Below are positions 27,922-40,300 of a DNA stretch of 64,000 bases, in pieces. The notes below the pieces were generated by a model. It was given only the letters and a program-made list of their open reading frames with translations. It ran no database searches and had not been told where the DNA came from. The first letter of the stretch is position 1; every line of letters begins with the position of its first letter. The DNA is from Saccostrea cucullata (lineage: Eukaryota). A program made the translations under genes and the position numbers. The DNA lies in the NCBI RefSeq assembly GCF_032062105.1, contig NW_026927985.1:248001-312000 (forward strand), read 5' to 3'.

Positions 27922-30356
27922 GAAAGAAGATAGGCTTTTCATGTTTTACATGCTCTGTTCTGTTCTATACATGTACATTACCCCCCCCCCCCCCCCCCAA
28001 TCCTGTTTATTATCCCAACCTTGATCTCTCCCTTTTTAATAAAAAAAAACCCTCTGCTTCTTGTCTTGAACTGAGGCGAAGTTGATTCATTGTCTGTCGT
28101 TTAACCTATGAAAATTGATAATTAAGAACCTACACGCTTTCACATATGTATGATAATTCTTACAACTACTTTTTTTTCCCTCTCTATGAGGTTTTGGAGG
28201 GGGATATCGTCTTTTTGACAGATATATATGTGTCAATTTTGCCTCTTTGGCAATCTATCGCTGAATTCTGAATAAAAATTGTTCATGTTATTTATCCTTA
28301 AAATGGAAATAAATTGGGTTGTATGCAATTTTGATAGATAACTAGTAGAATGAAAAAAAAGGAGAAAAAATTAGATAGAACTATACCTATAGGCACACAA
28401 ACATGATTTTTTTTTCATGCGAAACTTCGTGTTTCTTTTTAACTAGTAGAAGTAATTGGAGGACATTCCCATTAACCATGATTTCAAGCATCATCTTCCA
28501 GCCATCGGGGCTTGTCTTTCCGGATTATTAAATGTCAAATAAATTAATAAAATTTTGAATCTTCTTTAAATAAACTTAAAAGTTGTTAAAATAAAAATCT
28601 GACTCTTTCAGGCAAGAAAAACCACGTCTAAAAATGACGTAACAGTGTACCACACCCATATACAAAATGTAAATAATGTGTGGTTCGTCATCTATAAACG
28701 TGGATTTTCTTGTCCCTATGCTCCCAGCTCCCCCCCCCCCCTTTTTTTTTTAATCAAGAGCAGTAGTCGGAGTTTGAAGTAATTATTTAAAGAAATAGTT
28801 AGAATGTCAGTTATTTTAGATGAAGAGTCTGAAAGATAATTATGAAACTGGTATTAAAATACATACATGTGTATTTACTTCCAGCAATATGAGCTGCATG
28901 TTTGACATCGGAAAAAATATCTCAAATTTGTAATTAACTATTTCAATGACAGGAAAATAGAATGTATATGAACTTTTGTTTTTCATATTTGCTATGGAAG
29001 AACTTTTTATAAGCTTTGCTTGAAGCAAAATTGAATTATTGTCGTCCTGTACACTACTGATTTCTTATATAATACTGTATATATATATATATATTCGGTT
29101 GTACAGAAATATTTCTTCTGAAACATTTTTAAACTTTATTTTGGTCTTATTGATCATAAGGATTTAGATTACATACAGAAAAATCATAATAACACATTTT
29201 ACTAGCAAAATGAAATTCTCAAAAATGCAGCTCATATTGCTTTCAGAAATAAAAAAAGACTGTTCGCGCAACATGCTTCTTGCTCAATTGCCATCTTTTC
29301 TAACGTAAGTTTTCATTGGCTTACGTCATTACGATTATGACATCACGTTTCTAGTTAGCCTTCCAAACGCATAACCACGACATTTGTTCAACTCGGACAC
29401 CTTTTTTGTGTAAATTTCCTTTAAAACTTTTTTTCAGAAAAGATTAATATCGCACTGGATTTTTTCATAAAAGAATTTTGTGAGCTAAAAAATGATATCA
29501 CTTTTTGTCATTTAACACATTGTATGACACAACGCACGCATTGCATGCAAAAAAATAAATGAAAGTACATTTACCTTGACAATTTGATTGTAGAACTTGT
29601 TGTTCTTGCAATACATAAACCATTATTTATATATATTAATATTGTCTGCATTATATATGCACTATAAAAAGTCATAAAAATATAAAAAATTTTACCGTTT
29701 TTCAAACATATTGTTCATTTAACGCATTGCGTGTGCGCATTGTGCATGCAAGCATGTCCTTGCATTCAATTTTGATAGCAATATCGCGGAAAACTTGTGA
29801 CCGCGTACATAGGAATCCATATTACCTATTTATATTCTAAACTTCATCCTGTTTTGTTGAGAAACAAGAATAAAGATATAGAGAATTTTCAAAATGCCAA
29901 AATTTTCACTCCAATCAGCTATTGCAAGCACACGTGGATTTATGGTGCTTTCATGGATAATTCTTATATATCAAGCGGGTGGGAGAGTTTAGTGACATTT
30001 TATTATTGATGCAATTTAATTCAAATGTTTCAAAGGACAATTCATATTGTGCCGCAACAATTCTTGAAGGGCTGTAGAAGGGGGGGGGGGGTATAAAAAC
30101 AAGGAAGGGAATTTTTTAGATGCCGAAAGATCAGGAGAGAAAAAAAATTAGCCGCACGATTTTTTTTTCTCTCGTAATTTTTTTTACATTGATCAGTTGT
30201 GTGTAATTAATTATAATTAACATCTGACTTAAAAAAAACAATCACAACTACAAAAAATGTTTCTTTTATCAAAATAGTATGTCATCAACGTCGTTAGGAT
30301 TAAGATTCCATGTAAAGACTCAACTGGTATAAATGTTCTTTTTATTTCTATTCTAG

Positions 30357-30416
30357 AAGATTGATGATCCAGACTTGTTAGGAACCAGAGGTTCACCGCT
30401 CCTGGTGCCTGATGAG
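30357..30416 (+). pseudogene. Isolated 60-nt exon paralogous to exon 39986-40051 of the orphan gene (duplicate remnant or extra upstream exon)
   Basis: TTCTAG|KIDDPDLLGTRGSPLLVPDE|GTACTG versus KSDEPGKDLSETRTPPSVVSDE; DNA similarity gacttgttaggaaccaga...gtgcctgatgag versus gacttgtcagagaccaga...gtgtctgacgag. Confidence 0.55.
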
Positions 30417-30519
30417 GTACTGTATGAAATATTTTTTATAGAAACTGAAAATGTAAACGATTTGTATCTTTTGCTTTGCAATCAAAAGAAAATTATTATA
30501 TATCATGCTGTAGATCTGT

Positions 30520-31695
30520 GTTATTCCGTCGTCGTGCGTCGTGTGTGATCATTTAAACATCATCAGCTAATTCTCTGCAACCGCACAACCAATTTGAACC
30601 AATTTTGGCATAAAACATCAATTGGTAAAGGGAGGAAAATGCAAAATACATAGTCGCTGCCCCCGTTGGACCAAAACCACTAGAATTAATCTTTAAACTC
30701 AGGGACACCAAGCAGCCAAACTGGTGGAATGAATTCATGGCCCCATGGTCAGGGTCTCTAGTGCTAGAGCAAGGCTATATAGATACACTGTGATATAATA
30801 AAATGCATTAATTCTTTATAAATCTTCCTCTCTGCTCCTTGGCATTAAATAAACAAACTTAATGTAGATATAGTTATGATGACGAAGGGTACCTCTTCAA
30901 AAATTGTGAATTTCATGGCCCCTGGGTCAGGGGTTCTGGTGTTAGGAACTTAGGATGGACCTATATTGATTATATAGTGAATTTTTTGAAAATCTTCTCT
31001 GCTTTTGGGTATTAAACAAATTAACTACATACATAGTTACGATGAGAAAGAGTACCTCTTCTAAAATTGTTCATGGCCTCAGGGTCAGGGGTTGTTTTTT
31101 AAGGATGAGGCTATATAAAATAAAAGTGAAAATGCATTAATTCGTCAAAAATCCTACTCTGCTCCTGAGTATTTAAAAGCAGTGAGACTACCTATATACC
31201 GGTACTAGCTATAACGAGGAAGAACCATTCTTCCAAAATTATTAATTTCAAGACCCCTGGGCCAGGAGTACGGGGGGGGGGGGGGGCTTTAATTACTAGT
31301 ATATAGTATATATACTGAAAATGTATTAGTGCTTTGAAATCCGCTCCTTGATATTAATCAAACATTTATGATGAGCAAGAGTGTCTTTTCGAAATTTAAT
31401 TTGTAAAATGTGTGAACCTAGGGTCAGAGGTTCCTCTGATTATTCCTGATTATTACTGTTTAGTTGAAATGTATCCGCAACTCCCCCTATGCACTCCCCC
31501 TACACCACGTACTGAATAAACTCTAATGATACTTTCAAAAATTCTTTATGACATCATGCCATGATGTGCACCTCCTGTTTTACTTTTTGATCTGACACTT
31601 TTTTCGGGTCTCCCAGAGCATAACACGGACTTCAATTGCTATTACAACCACATTGGAGTATCATTTAGCTCAATGCTCACAGTACCTCTAGTTTA
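30520..31695 (+). mobile_element. Helentron-like element with internal ~165-180-bp satellite-like repeats
   Basis: CCGTCGTCGTGCGTCG start, repeated TTCATGGCCCC..GGTCAGGG units, 3' GCTCACAGTACCTCTAGTT shared with the element at 52.06-52.41 kb. Confidence 0.6.
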
Positions 31696-32599
31696 TTATT
31701 CATTTTTTTTATGGGTATATTAACCAGTTATTTAACGTTTGAAAAATAAAAAGAAAACTCTATTGAATAACAATTTTAAGCTGGAGGGTCTGCTATTGCA
31801 AGCAATAGCGTATGTCGCCCGGAACTTTTCCCCTATTTCCATGGCAACTATTGATAATTTGAATCGCACAACTACAATTACTAATCATTAATATAACAAA
31901 GTTTCATGACGATTGTTCAAGGGAACGGAGAGAACACTCACGGACAAAATAATAGCAATATGTCGCCCGACTTTTTTACGAAAGACCTAAAATTCGTCAC
32001 TTTTCGCACCTTTCCATGGTAACGGTAGCCATTCTAAAGCTAAAAGTCCTCACTGCAAAACTACAACTACTGATCATCTTTTGAGGAAAGTTTCAGGAAG
32101 ATTGTCCCAGCCGTCTCCGTATAATTATGTCGTCCCGAACGAAGTCGGGAACGACATATTGCGATTGTACCCATGTTTTTGTTGTACAAGCTGTTTCTCG
32201 GAGATGGCTGAGACAATATTCCTGAAACTTTCCTCAAAGGACATTTTATGTGTTGTGTGGCATTAATTCAAAATGGCTAATGTTTCAAAGGACAATTTTT
32301 CTAGTGTTCTCTCTGGTCCCTTGAACATTCTTCATGAAATTTTATTGATGTAATGATTAGTATCTGTAATTGTTCTCATTGGATTTAAAAATTGGAAATT
32401 GTCAATAGTTGCCATGGGGGGGAAAAGTGAAAAACTTTGATTTTTAAATCAAATTTTTTATGTTTTGACATATTTTATTGACAATATGTCAAAGGGAGAG
32501 AAAAAAAATTAGCCGCACGATTTTTCTTCATAAAATCTGAATAGCCATACAACATTTACAAAATTTTACAATAATATTTTTTACATTGACAATTGTGTG

Positions 32600-34560
32600 T
32601 CAATTATTACTAGTGCTAATTGTAACACCGTTGACAAAAAAAAACATATCTGTAAGTTTACAAAAAATGCATTTAAGACTTATCAACAACATTGCATGAG
32701 CGTAATGACTATATCATTTTGTCTACACTTTTTTACTCATTGCACGTGCACGCACGTGCATATAAATGTTCTTTGTTATTAATCTATCTCTGAAAAACAA
32801 GGGAGTTATAGCCATTTAAAGTTTAAGCCAATCAGAATGCAGTTCACCGCTCCTGGTGACAATTATTATAAATCATATGAGGGTACTGTATGAAATGTTT
32901 TAAATTTCAAAGCATTTTGTCAAAAAACAGAAAAGATATTGAAAATTTTTCATGTATGTGAATGTTGACCAACCTTCTTAGGAGTCCCTTATGTCTATCT
33001 ATGTTTTAAATCCCATCATGTTTGGTTGGAAACCAAGGGAGTTATAGTCATTTAAAGTTTCAGCCAATCAGATTGCAGCGCATGTGCATGCACGTGATTT
33101 CACGAAAATGTTTATATATCATATTGTAGGGTATCCTAATGTATGACTATGTTATAAATTTCAAAGCATTTCATCGAAAAACAAAAAAGATATTGAGGTT
33201 TTTGTTTCAGCCAATCAAAGGAAAGCGCACATGCATGCGCCTGAGTTCATGCAAATTTGACCATGTCATCATATTATACATCTTATATATCCTTATATTT
33301 GAGTTTCAAAACACTTTCAAAAAATATAGAAGTTCATATTATGTATCAGTCAATTTGCCATTTCACGTGCACCTCCTATTTTGCGCGCAAAATTTTCGAT
33401 CCGCACACCTACACTATACACCTATTAACCCTAAAAAGGTTTTAGCTCAGTTGGGTGAACAGGTTCTGAGAACACTCGCGGACAAAAAAAGTACCGGAGA
33501 AGAAATAAGAAAAAAAATAATAATAACTAGTGCTAATTGTAACGGGAACCGTTACAGATGTTCCCCAAACACTCCCCAACTCCCTTTCGGTGCCATATTC
33601 CCTGTAAGATTCATTAAATAAGACAAACTCTGTGCATTTTTGACTTTAACAACGTTTTCCCAGAAGGATACCAATTATATTCAATTTTTAGCATTGCAAA
33701 GCGCAGTGAATCCATATGACCATATTTTGTCTACACTATTTATATATAATATACTATATAGGTCACCTTAGGTATTTTTAAATATCTGTTTTCCGCACGT
33801 CGTGCACGTGTGTGATCATTTAAACATCATCTAGCTAAAATCCTGTTTGGTTGAAAAACAAGGGAGTTATAGCTATTTAAAGTTTCAGCCAATCAGATTG
33901 CAGCACACGTGCATGCGCGTAATTTCATGATTTTTTTTTATATCATTTTGTAGGATATAAAACATTTTAAATTTCAAAGAATTTGGTCAAAAAAGAGGAG
34001 AAATAGCCATTTAAAGTTTCAGCCAATCAGATTGCAGCACACGTGCATGCGCGTGATTTCCTATATCATTTTGTAGGATATCCTAATGCATGACTAAATT
34101 TTAAATCTCAAAGAACGTCAAAAAACTAGAGATGTTCTTTAAAGTTTCAGCCAATCAGCTTGCAGCACGCGCACATGCGCATGCCATGAAAATTTTTATA
34201 TATAGTGGAATGAATTCATGGCCCCAAAATTTGGATTATCAAGAAACAAGAAAGTCTTTAGTTTGCAATAGAGCAAGGCTATATAGATACACTGTGATAT
34301 AATAATATATGCATTAATTCTTTATCAAAAAATAGAAAATGCGGCTATATCCTGGTCATTTCACTCACTGCGCCTTGCAAGCACGTGCGGCATTAAATAA
34401 ACAAACTTAATGTAGATATAGTTTTATGATGACGAACAGGTTACCTCTTCAAAAATTGTGAAAAATAATAATAATAATTTCATGGCCCCTGGGAACATAA
34501 TAATAAGAAACAGGGGTTCTGGTGTTGGGGAACATAATAATGGTGATAATAAATATGTTG
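32600..34560 (-). mobile_element. Inverted, scrambled copies of the Helentron-like family seen at 7.07-8.09 kb
   Basis: 33560-33610 is the reverse complement of ~8044-8090; repeated AAGTTTCAGCCAATCAGATTGCAGC units. Confidence 0.55.
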
Positions 34561-34685
34561 ATATTATATAATTAATTTTTTGAAATCTTCTCTGCTTTTG
34601 GGTATTAAACAAATTAACGAATTTTTTTTACATTTTTACGAAGATAAAATCATCTCCCCATATCAATTTATGCACATTAAAATTG

Positions 34686-36990
34686 TTACAATAGTGCATT
34701 CATCATTAAGCGTCTATGTTTATTTTTACAAACAAAGAAAAAATGATGACTATATAAAATAAAAGTGAAAATGCTTATGATATTAATATACAGATCATTA
34801 TTTAAAATACAATTGTGTCTTAATTTTGTATGTAAAATGTTCAGATACCTTCTGCCATGTGAAAAATACTTGAGAGGCTTATCTTTATTATTGCTCAATT
34901 TTCTTTTAAAACTTCCTATATACTTGTTTCGGTAGTCAAATGATTTGTTGTATAATTCAAGCCTGCATTTAGGTAAAGAATAATCAAATGAATTATTGTA
35001 ATTTGACAGTGTTTCTAACCATGGTACAATGTTTTTTAAGTAATCAGGAGCTAGGGGGATTTTAAACATTGTTAAAAGTTTTGGTCTCTTAATTATCGTA
35101 TATAGCCTGTTTATATATACTGAAAATGTATTAGTGCTTTTGAAAGTTTATGATATTAATCAAACATTTATGATGATGCATAGAGTGTCTTTTAAAGGAA
35201 ATTAAAGTTTGTAAAATGTGTGAACTGAAAATTTAAGGAAGTCCAGTTTTTTGTAGCCTTTCTGATTATTCAATGATTATTACTAATTTAGTTGAAATGT
35301 TTATGTTGTGATACATATTCTAACTGACAGTCTCAAAAAATAATTCAGGTAACTGGTTTGTATTTTTTAACCTGAAAAATAAACTTTTGTTTTACTTGGA
35401 TTAAATTTCAATAACCATTTTTTGGACCATTCATCCAGAATTTTTGCCATGATGTGACAATCCTGTTTTACTTTTTTGTAAAGAATTATCTGAGTCTGCA
35501 AACAGTTATCATGTTTTCGGCTACATCATTCACATATATCAAAAATAACAGGGAAGGACAATTGCTATTACAACCACATTTTTGAAGAAAATAAATTTTT
35601 ATACATAACTTTTTGTTTTCTATTGTACAGTAACTTTCCTCTAGTTTATTATTCATTTTTTTAATTTATATTAACCAGTTATTTAACGTTTGAAAAATAA
35701 AAAAAAACTCTATTTGAATAACAATTTTATGTTTCTAAAAGTTGGTACACTGCTATTGCAAGCAGAAAACCTGCTGATATTTGTAGAACAAATTATTTGT
35801 GTAAAAAAAATTATATACATGTTTGAATGCAACTCTCTCAAATATTTTACTTACACAACTCAAAAGAGATACAGGTCTATAATTTGAAGTTACTGATCAT
35901 CTTTTTTAAATAAAAGGACATGTGCTAGTTTCCAACTTTCAGGATAAACTTTGAGTCTAAGAGATTTATTAAATAACAGACAAAGTGGCGTAGCTATGGA
36001 TTCTTTACAAGAAACATTTTGTGGCTGATACAATCAGGGCCCACAGCTTTATTTACGGGCAGGATAGAAATAATATCAATAATCTCACTTTCTTGGATAT
36101 TTACGTCACAAATTTTTTCTACATTTTTGGACTCAAAATCAGGTAGCTCATATTCCTCATCTTTTATATCAGAGATGGATCTAAAAAAGTTATTTAGTAA
36201 TTCAATTTTCTCTTTATCGGAAAAAGCGTATATAGGATCACCATTCTCATTCATCTGTTTAATAGGGGGTATTTCGGATGAAGTTTTAGTGTGAAAGACA
36301 TCTTTTAGTAATTTCCAGTACAACTTGTTATTATTTTTATTTGCGTCGTTTAAATGAGAATCAATGTTGTCGTAGTAATTTGCTCTGGCATATTTTTTCA
36401 TATCATTTACTTTATTTTAGCTTGTAAATTCTTTTTTAGCTGTTCTTTCTTGGTTTTCTGTGCTTTATTTCTTAATCTGTTCCTAAGTCGTATAGCCGTT
36501 CTTAGTAATGAATCCATCCATGGTTTGTCGTTTGGTCTTATTGTAACAGTTTTTTCGGGTATACATTTGCGCATAATTAGCACAAATTGTTGTGTAAAGT
36601 TTGTTGTTGCGGTTTCAATATCAGTTGATTTTGAAATAATGCTTTCCCAATCAAAGTTGTTTATCAAAATATTAAGTTCTTCTAGATTTGCTTCTTTATA
36701 GCTCCATACTTTACGTTTGTATGAAGAATTGTTACAGTAATTTTGTTTCACATATATATTCGTAGCTTTGTGGTCACTGATATTTGTGTCAACCATTAAT
36801 GGATTTAAAAATTTGGAAATAAGAATAGGCCTATCAGAGTTTTTGTAACTTGTGTTACTCTCGTAGGTCCGTTTATTACGTTTAAAAGCCCAGCCATGTT
36901 CATGATATTATAAATTTCATCATTTGGATTTATTTGAAGAAAGTACTGAAAGTACTCATACGAGTTGATGGTTGTCCAAGCTTAGCTAAT
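34686..36990 (-). mobile_element. Degraded CR1/L2-group LINE ORF2 (endonuclease end, RT start, C-terminus)
   Basis: ISDH; VWSYKEANLEEL..FDW; PEKTVTIRPNDKPW; KAVGPDCISHKM; LHTKLRHNCILNNDL. Confidence 0.8.
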
Positions 36991-37382
36991 AGGTATTGTT
37001 TTAGTTATGAAAAAATGAAAGTCTTGTCCAGTTCGGGACGACATACGCTATTGCTTGCAATAGCAAACTTTCTAGTTATTGATCCGTGTATATTTTTACG
37101 AGAAAAATTACCCTGCCATTGTCTTCAAATAATTTATTTCCTTTTGGAAAATCTTTTGGAAATGATGAAATAATGTATAAATGCCTCTTCAGGTTCTTAC
37201 TTGCAATCCTTTCTAACATGTGTTTTCATTGGACTACGTCATTACGATTATGACATCACGTTTCTAGTAGGCTTGCGTTGTGTTGTGGTTACGTCTCATA
37301 ACCACGACATTTGTTCAACAGAACGGACACATTCATTTTTTTCTCCCGATTTCCTGCAAAGTTTAGCAAACTTACGAAAGAT

Positions 37383-40300
37383 ATGGAGCCTAAAGTGCAC
37401 AGAGGCAAAGATAAGAGGGTAATGCCTCAAACTGTTTATTTTTTTAGTAAAAAAATCAATCGCTGTTGATATAATTTCCTTTTTTTATTAAAAATGGAGG
37501 AATAGGTTACGTTTCATGCCAGCGCCAATCCTTTCACAGAATGGCATAAGTACATTCTTAATATAACCTCTTAAATTAATGTACATTTTATATGCTTTTC
37601 CTTTCTTTTTTCCTACCTGTGTATAATTTTTTGTATATTGTAAAATTTAGTCTTGGGATATATGATATTGTAATCCATCACATTATACATCTCCTAAACG
37701 AAGAGAATGTTATTCTGATAATTTATTACAACTGAGAATTAGACACACGACACTTCCATTAAAAGAAGCAGTCCCAGAATAAAGAAATTTGATAAGAATT
37801 TTCAGGGTTGCAACTTATTTTCCTAGCTCTACATTATTCAGACGTCGCTACTGACGATGAGAAAAAGATATTCTGGGGTTTTTTTTGGGGGGGGGGGGGT
37901 AATGTAAGAGAGTCAAGGTGAGGAGGGGGTCTTTATTTAAATAAAGCGTTATAAATGCGTTATTTTCGCCCCATGTTAAGCAGTTTTAAATTCGCCCTGT
38001 CATAGTTCTGTTTAAGAAATTTTACTGTGTAATTTGAATTCGCCCCGTTTTAAATTCGCCCAAATTTTCCTGTATACAGTAATTGGGATGTCCGTCAGTC
38101 TGTTACGCTTTGGGGTATCCATCTCTAATCCGCAACTCGATGAAATTTGATGAGACATTTACAGAATCTTTATTAAATATTGCGATTGTGACCTATTTTA
38201 CTTTTTGATTCCGATGATTCGACACATATTTTCGGTTTTCCAAAGCAAAACATGGACACTGCCATTATATTATAACCGCCCGTTTTTAGCGTCTATTACT
38301 CCATATATACTCGCAATATTTTCCACATTTATTAAAGTTCATAAAACATAAAACAACAATTGGGATATAGGCTACTCTTCACTCCGTACAATATGTCTGA
38401 TAATTAATTAAACGGACAGACAGACGAACCTTATGACTATGAGGTTAACGTTACGGCTTTACGAACACTTCTTAATCTACATGTATCTTTTCTCTTACTC
38501 TGATTCTAACTAACTACATTTTATTAAGTAACATTTTATAAAACATTTACTTTACTTTGATTGACATGTCCAATTATAAATTAATCAATAGGTTCTATCC
38601 AATCACTGTCAATCTTTATTACTCAAGACTGACCACCGCTAAAGGTTAACGCCCATTATTTGACCTGCGTTAATCCGCTAATTGTTACCTAAACGTTTTA
38701 ACTCAATTAGTGTCAAACACTCTTTTGATCTTGAACTGCATTGTCCATCTGTCCGCACTATCTGATAAGTATTTGTCCTTAAGCAATATTTAATGGCTTT
38801 GATTTATTATTTCATTGTTACAGTTAAGACTTTTTATAAACATTGAGTTACATTTTATCACTTCCGTATCAAGAAGAATTTCACAAGATTGCGTATGTTA
38901 AATACATTAATTAATAAACAAGCCGAAAATAGAAAATATATAGAAATGTGCAAAACATACATTTTGCACGGTCATAATATTCATATATATAAGGCGGAAG
39001 TATCAATTAGTGAGTTCTTTGCTTACAGTATCGCTAGTTTTTATTGATTTTATTCTAAGAGATGGATACCCCAAAGCGTAACAGACGGACGTACAGGCAG
39101 ACGGACGGACATCCCGATTACTATATACCCTCCTACTTTTCAAGCGCGGGGGGGGGGGGTTACATGTATAAATAGTATAGATTGAAATAGAAATATGTAG
39201 CAAGTACATAATGATATATTTCGGAATATCATAAATACTTGTATATGATATGTAGGCCTATATTATATCAAATTTATTACTGTTTTTACCGTATAAAATA
39301 TGGATATATTTCAGACATGTGATAACCCTGGAGATGGTACCACATCAGGAGGAAGAAACTCGCCTGACCAGGCATATATTGTAAAGAACAGAATATAACA
39401 TTTACAAAATTGAATAATTCTCACTTTTTAATTTTTTTTTAAATTTGGGTGTATTTTTGTTAGTTTATTTTGAATGTCAAGTTATGCTTTCAATTTTTCA
39501 TTATCATCTAAAAAATTATATACTAAGTAATTTTTACCAATTTATGAAAATGTTTTGATGATCAAATCTGTAATAGAGTATTTCTTTATAAATGTAAAAA
39601 AAGTACTTCATAACCTATACTATATTTACTTTGTAGGCTGTACCCAAAAAGAGACGGTGGCGACCATACAACAAAGTGTGGAGACGTGACCAGAAATGGA
39701 CTAGAGAGGTGAACATGTATATTCTAGTATTCAAGATCGTATTATTTCATGATTATTTTGAGTTCCTAAACTGATTGAAACTTTTAATATGAATATTTAA
39801 TTGTTTTTTTTTTGTTTATTGTAGGGACTGACGTACCCTCAGAAGTCACTAGTATCACAGGTGTGTTATATGATAACCCATTACTAAAATCTCACCCCCA
39901 CCCCATCACCATTTTCTAGAGTATTGGAAAGGGCAGATAGATCAAATACATAAACATAATTTTAATTTATATACCTTTATTTCAGAAGTCAGATGAGCCA
40001 GGCAAGGACTTGTCAGAGACCAGAACACCACCATCTGTGGTGTCTGACGAGGTAGGGTACAGGAATATATTGAATTTATAGATTAAAATTTTAATGTAAT
40101 GGTCATTATTTTATGCGTGTAGTATACATTGTAATAGTAATGATGTGAACAGTTATAACAGTCCTCTTTGTTTTGTAGGTCACACCGAAAAAGAAGAGAC
40201 ATTGGACATATAACCGTGTGTGGCAAAAAGACAAGAAGTGGATACGAGAGGTAAGTTTAATGCTCGAATTGAATTCAGGGGGGGGGGGGGTAATTTTTAA

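Noticed and set aside
33139-33621. 160-aa ORF, and similar ORFs at 7061-7372 and 5408-5870
   Set aside because: Chance open frames in non-autonomous Helentron-like repeats, with no protein motifs.
37740-37880. Possible extra exons of the orphan gene
   Set aside because: No convincing donor or phase match.
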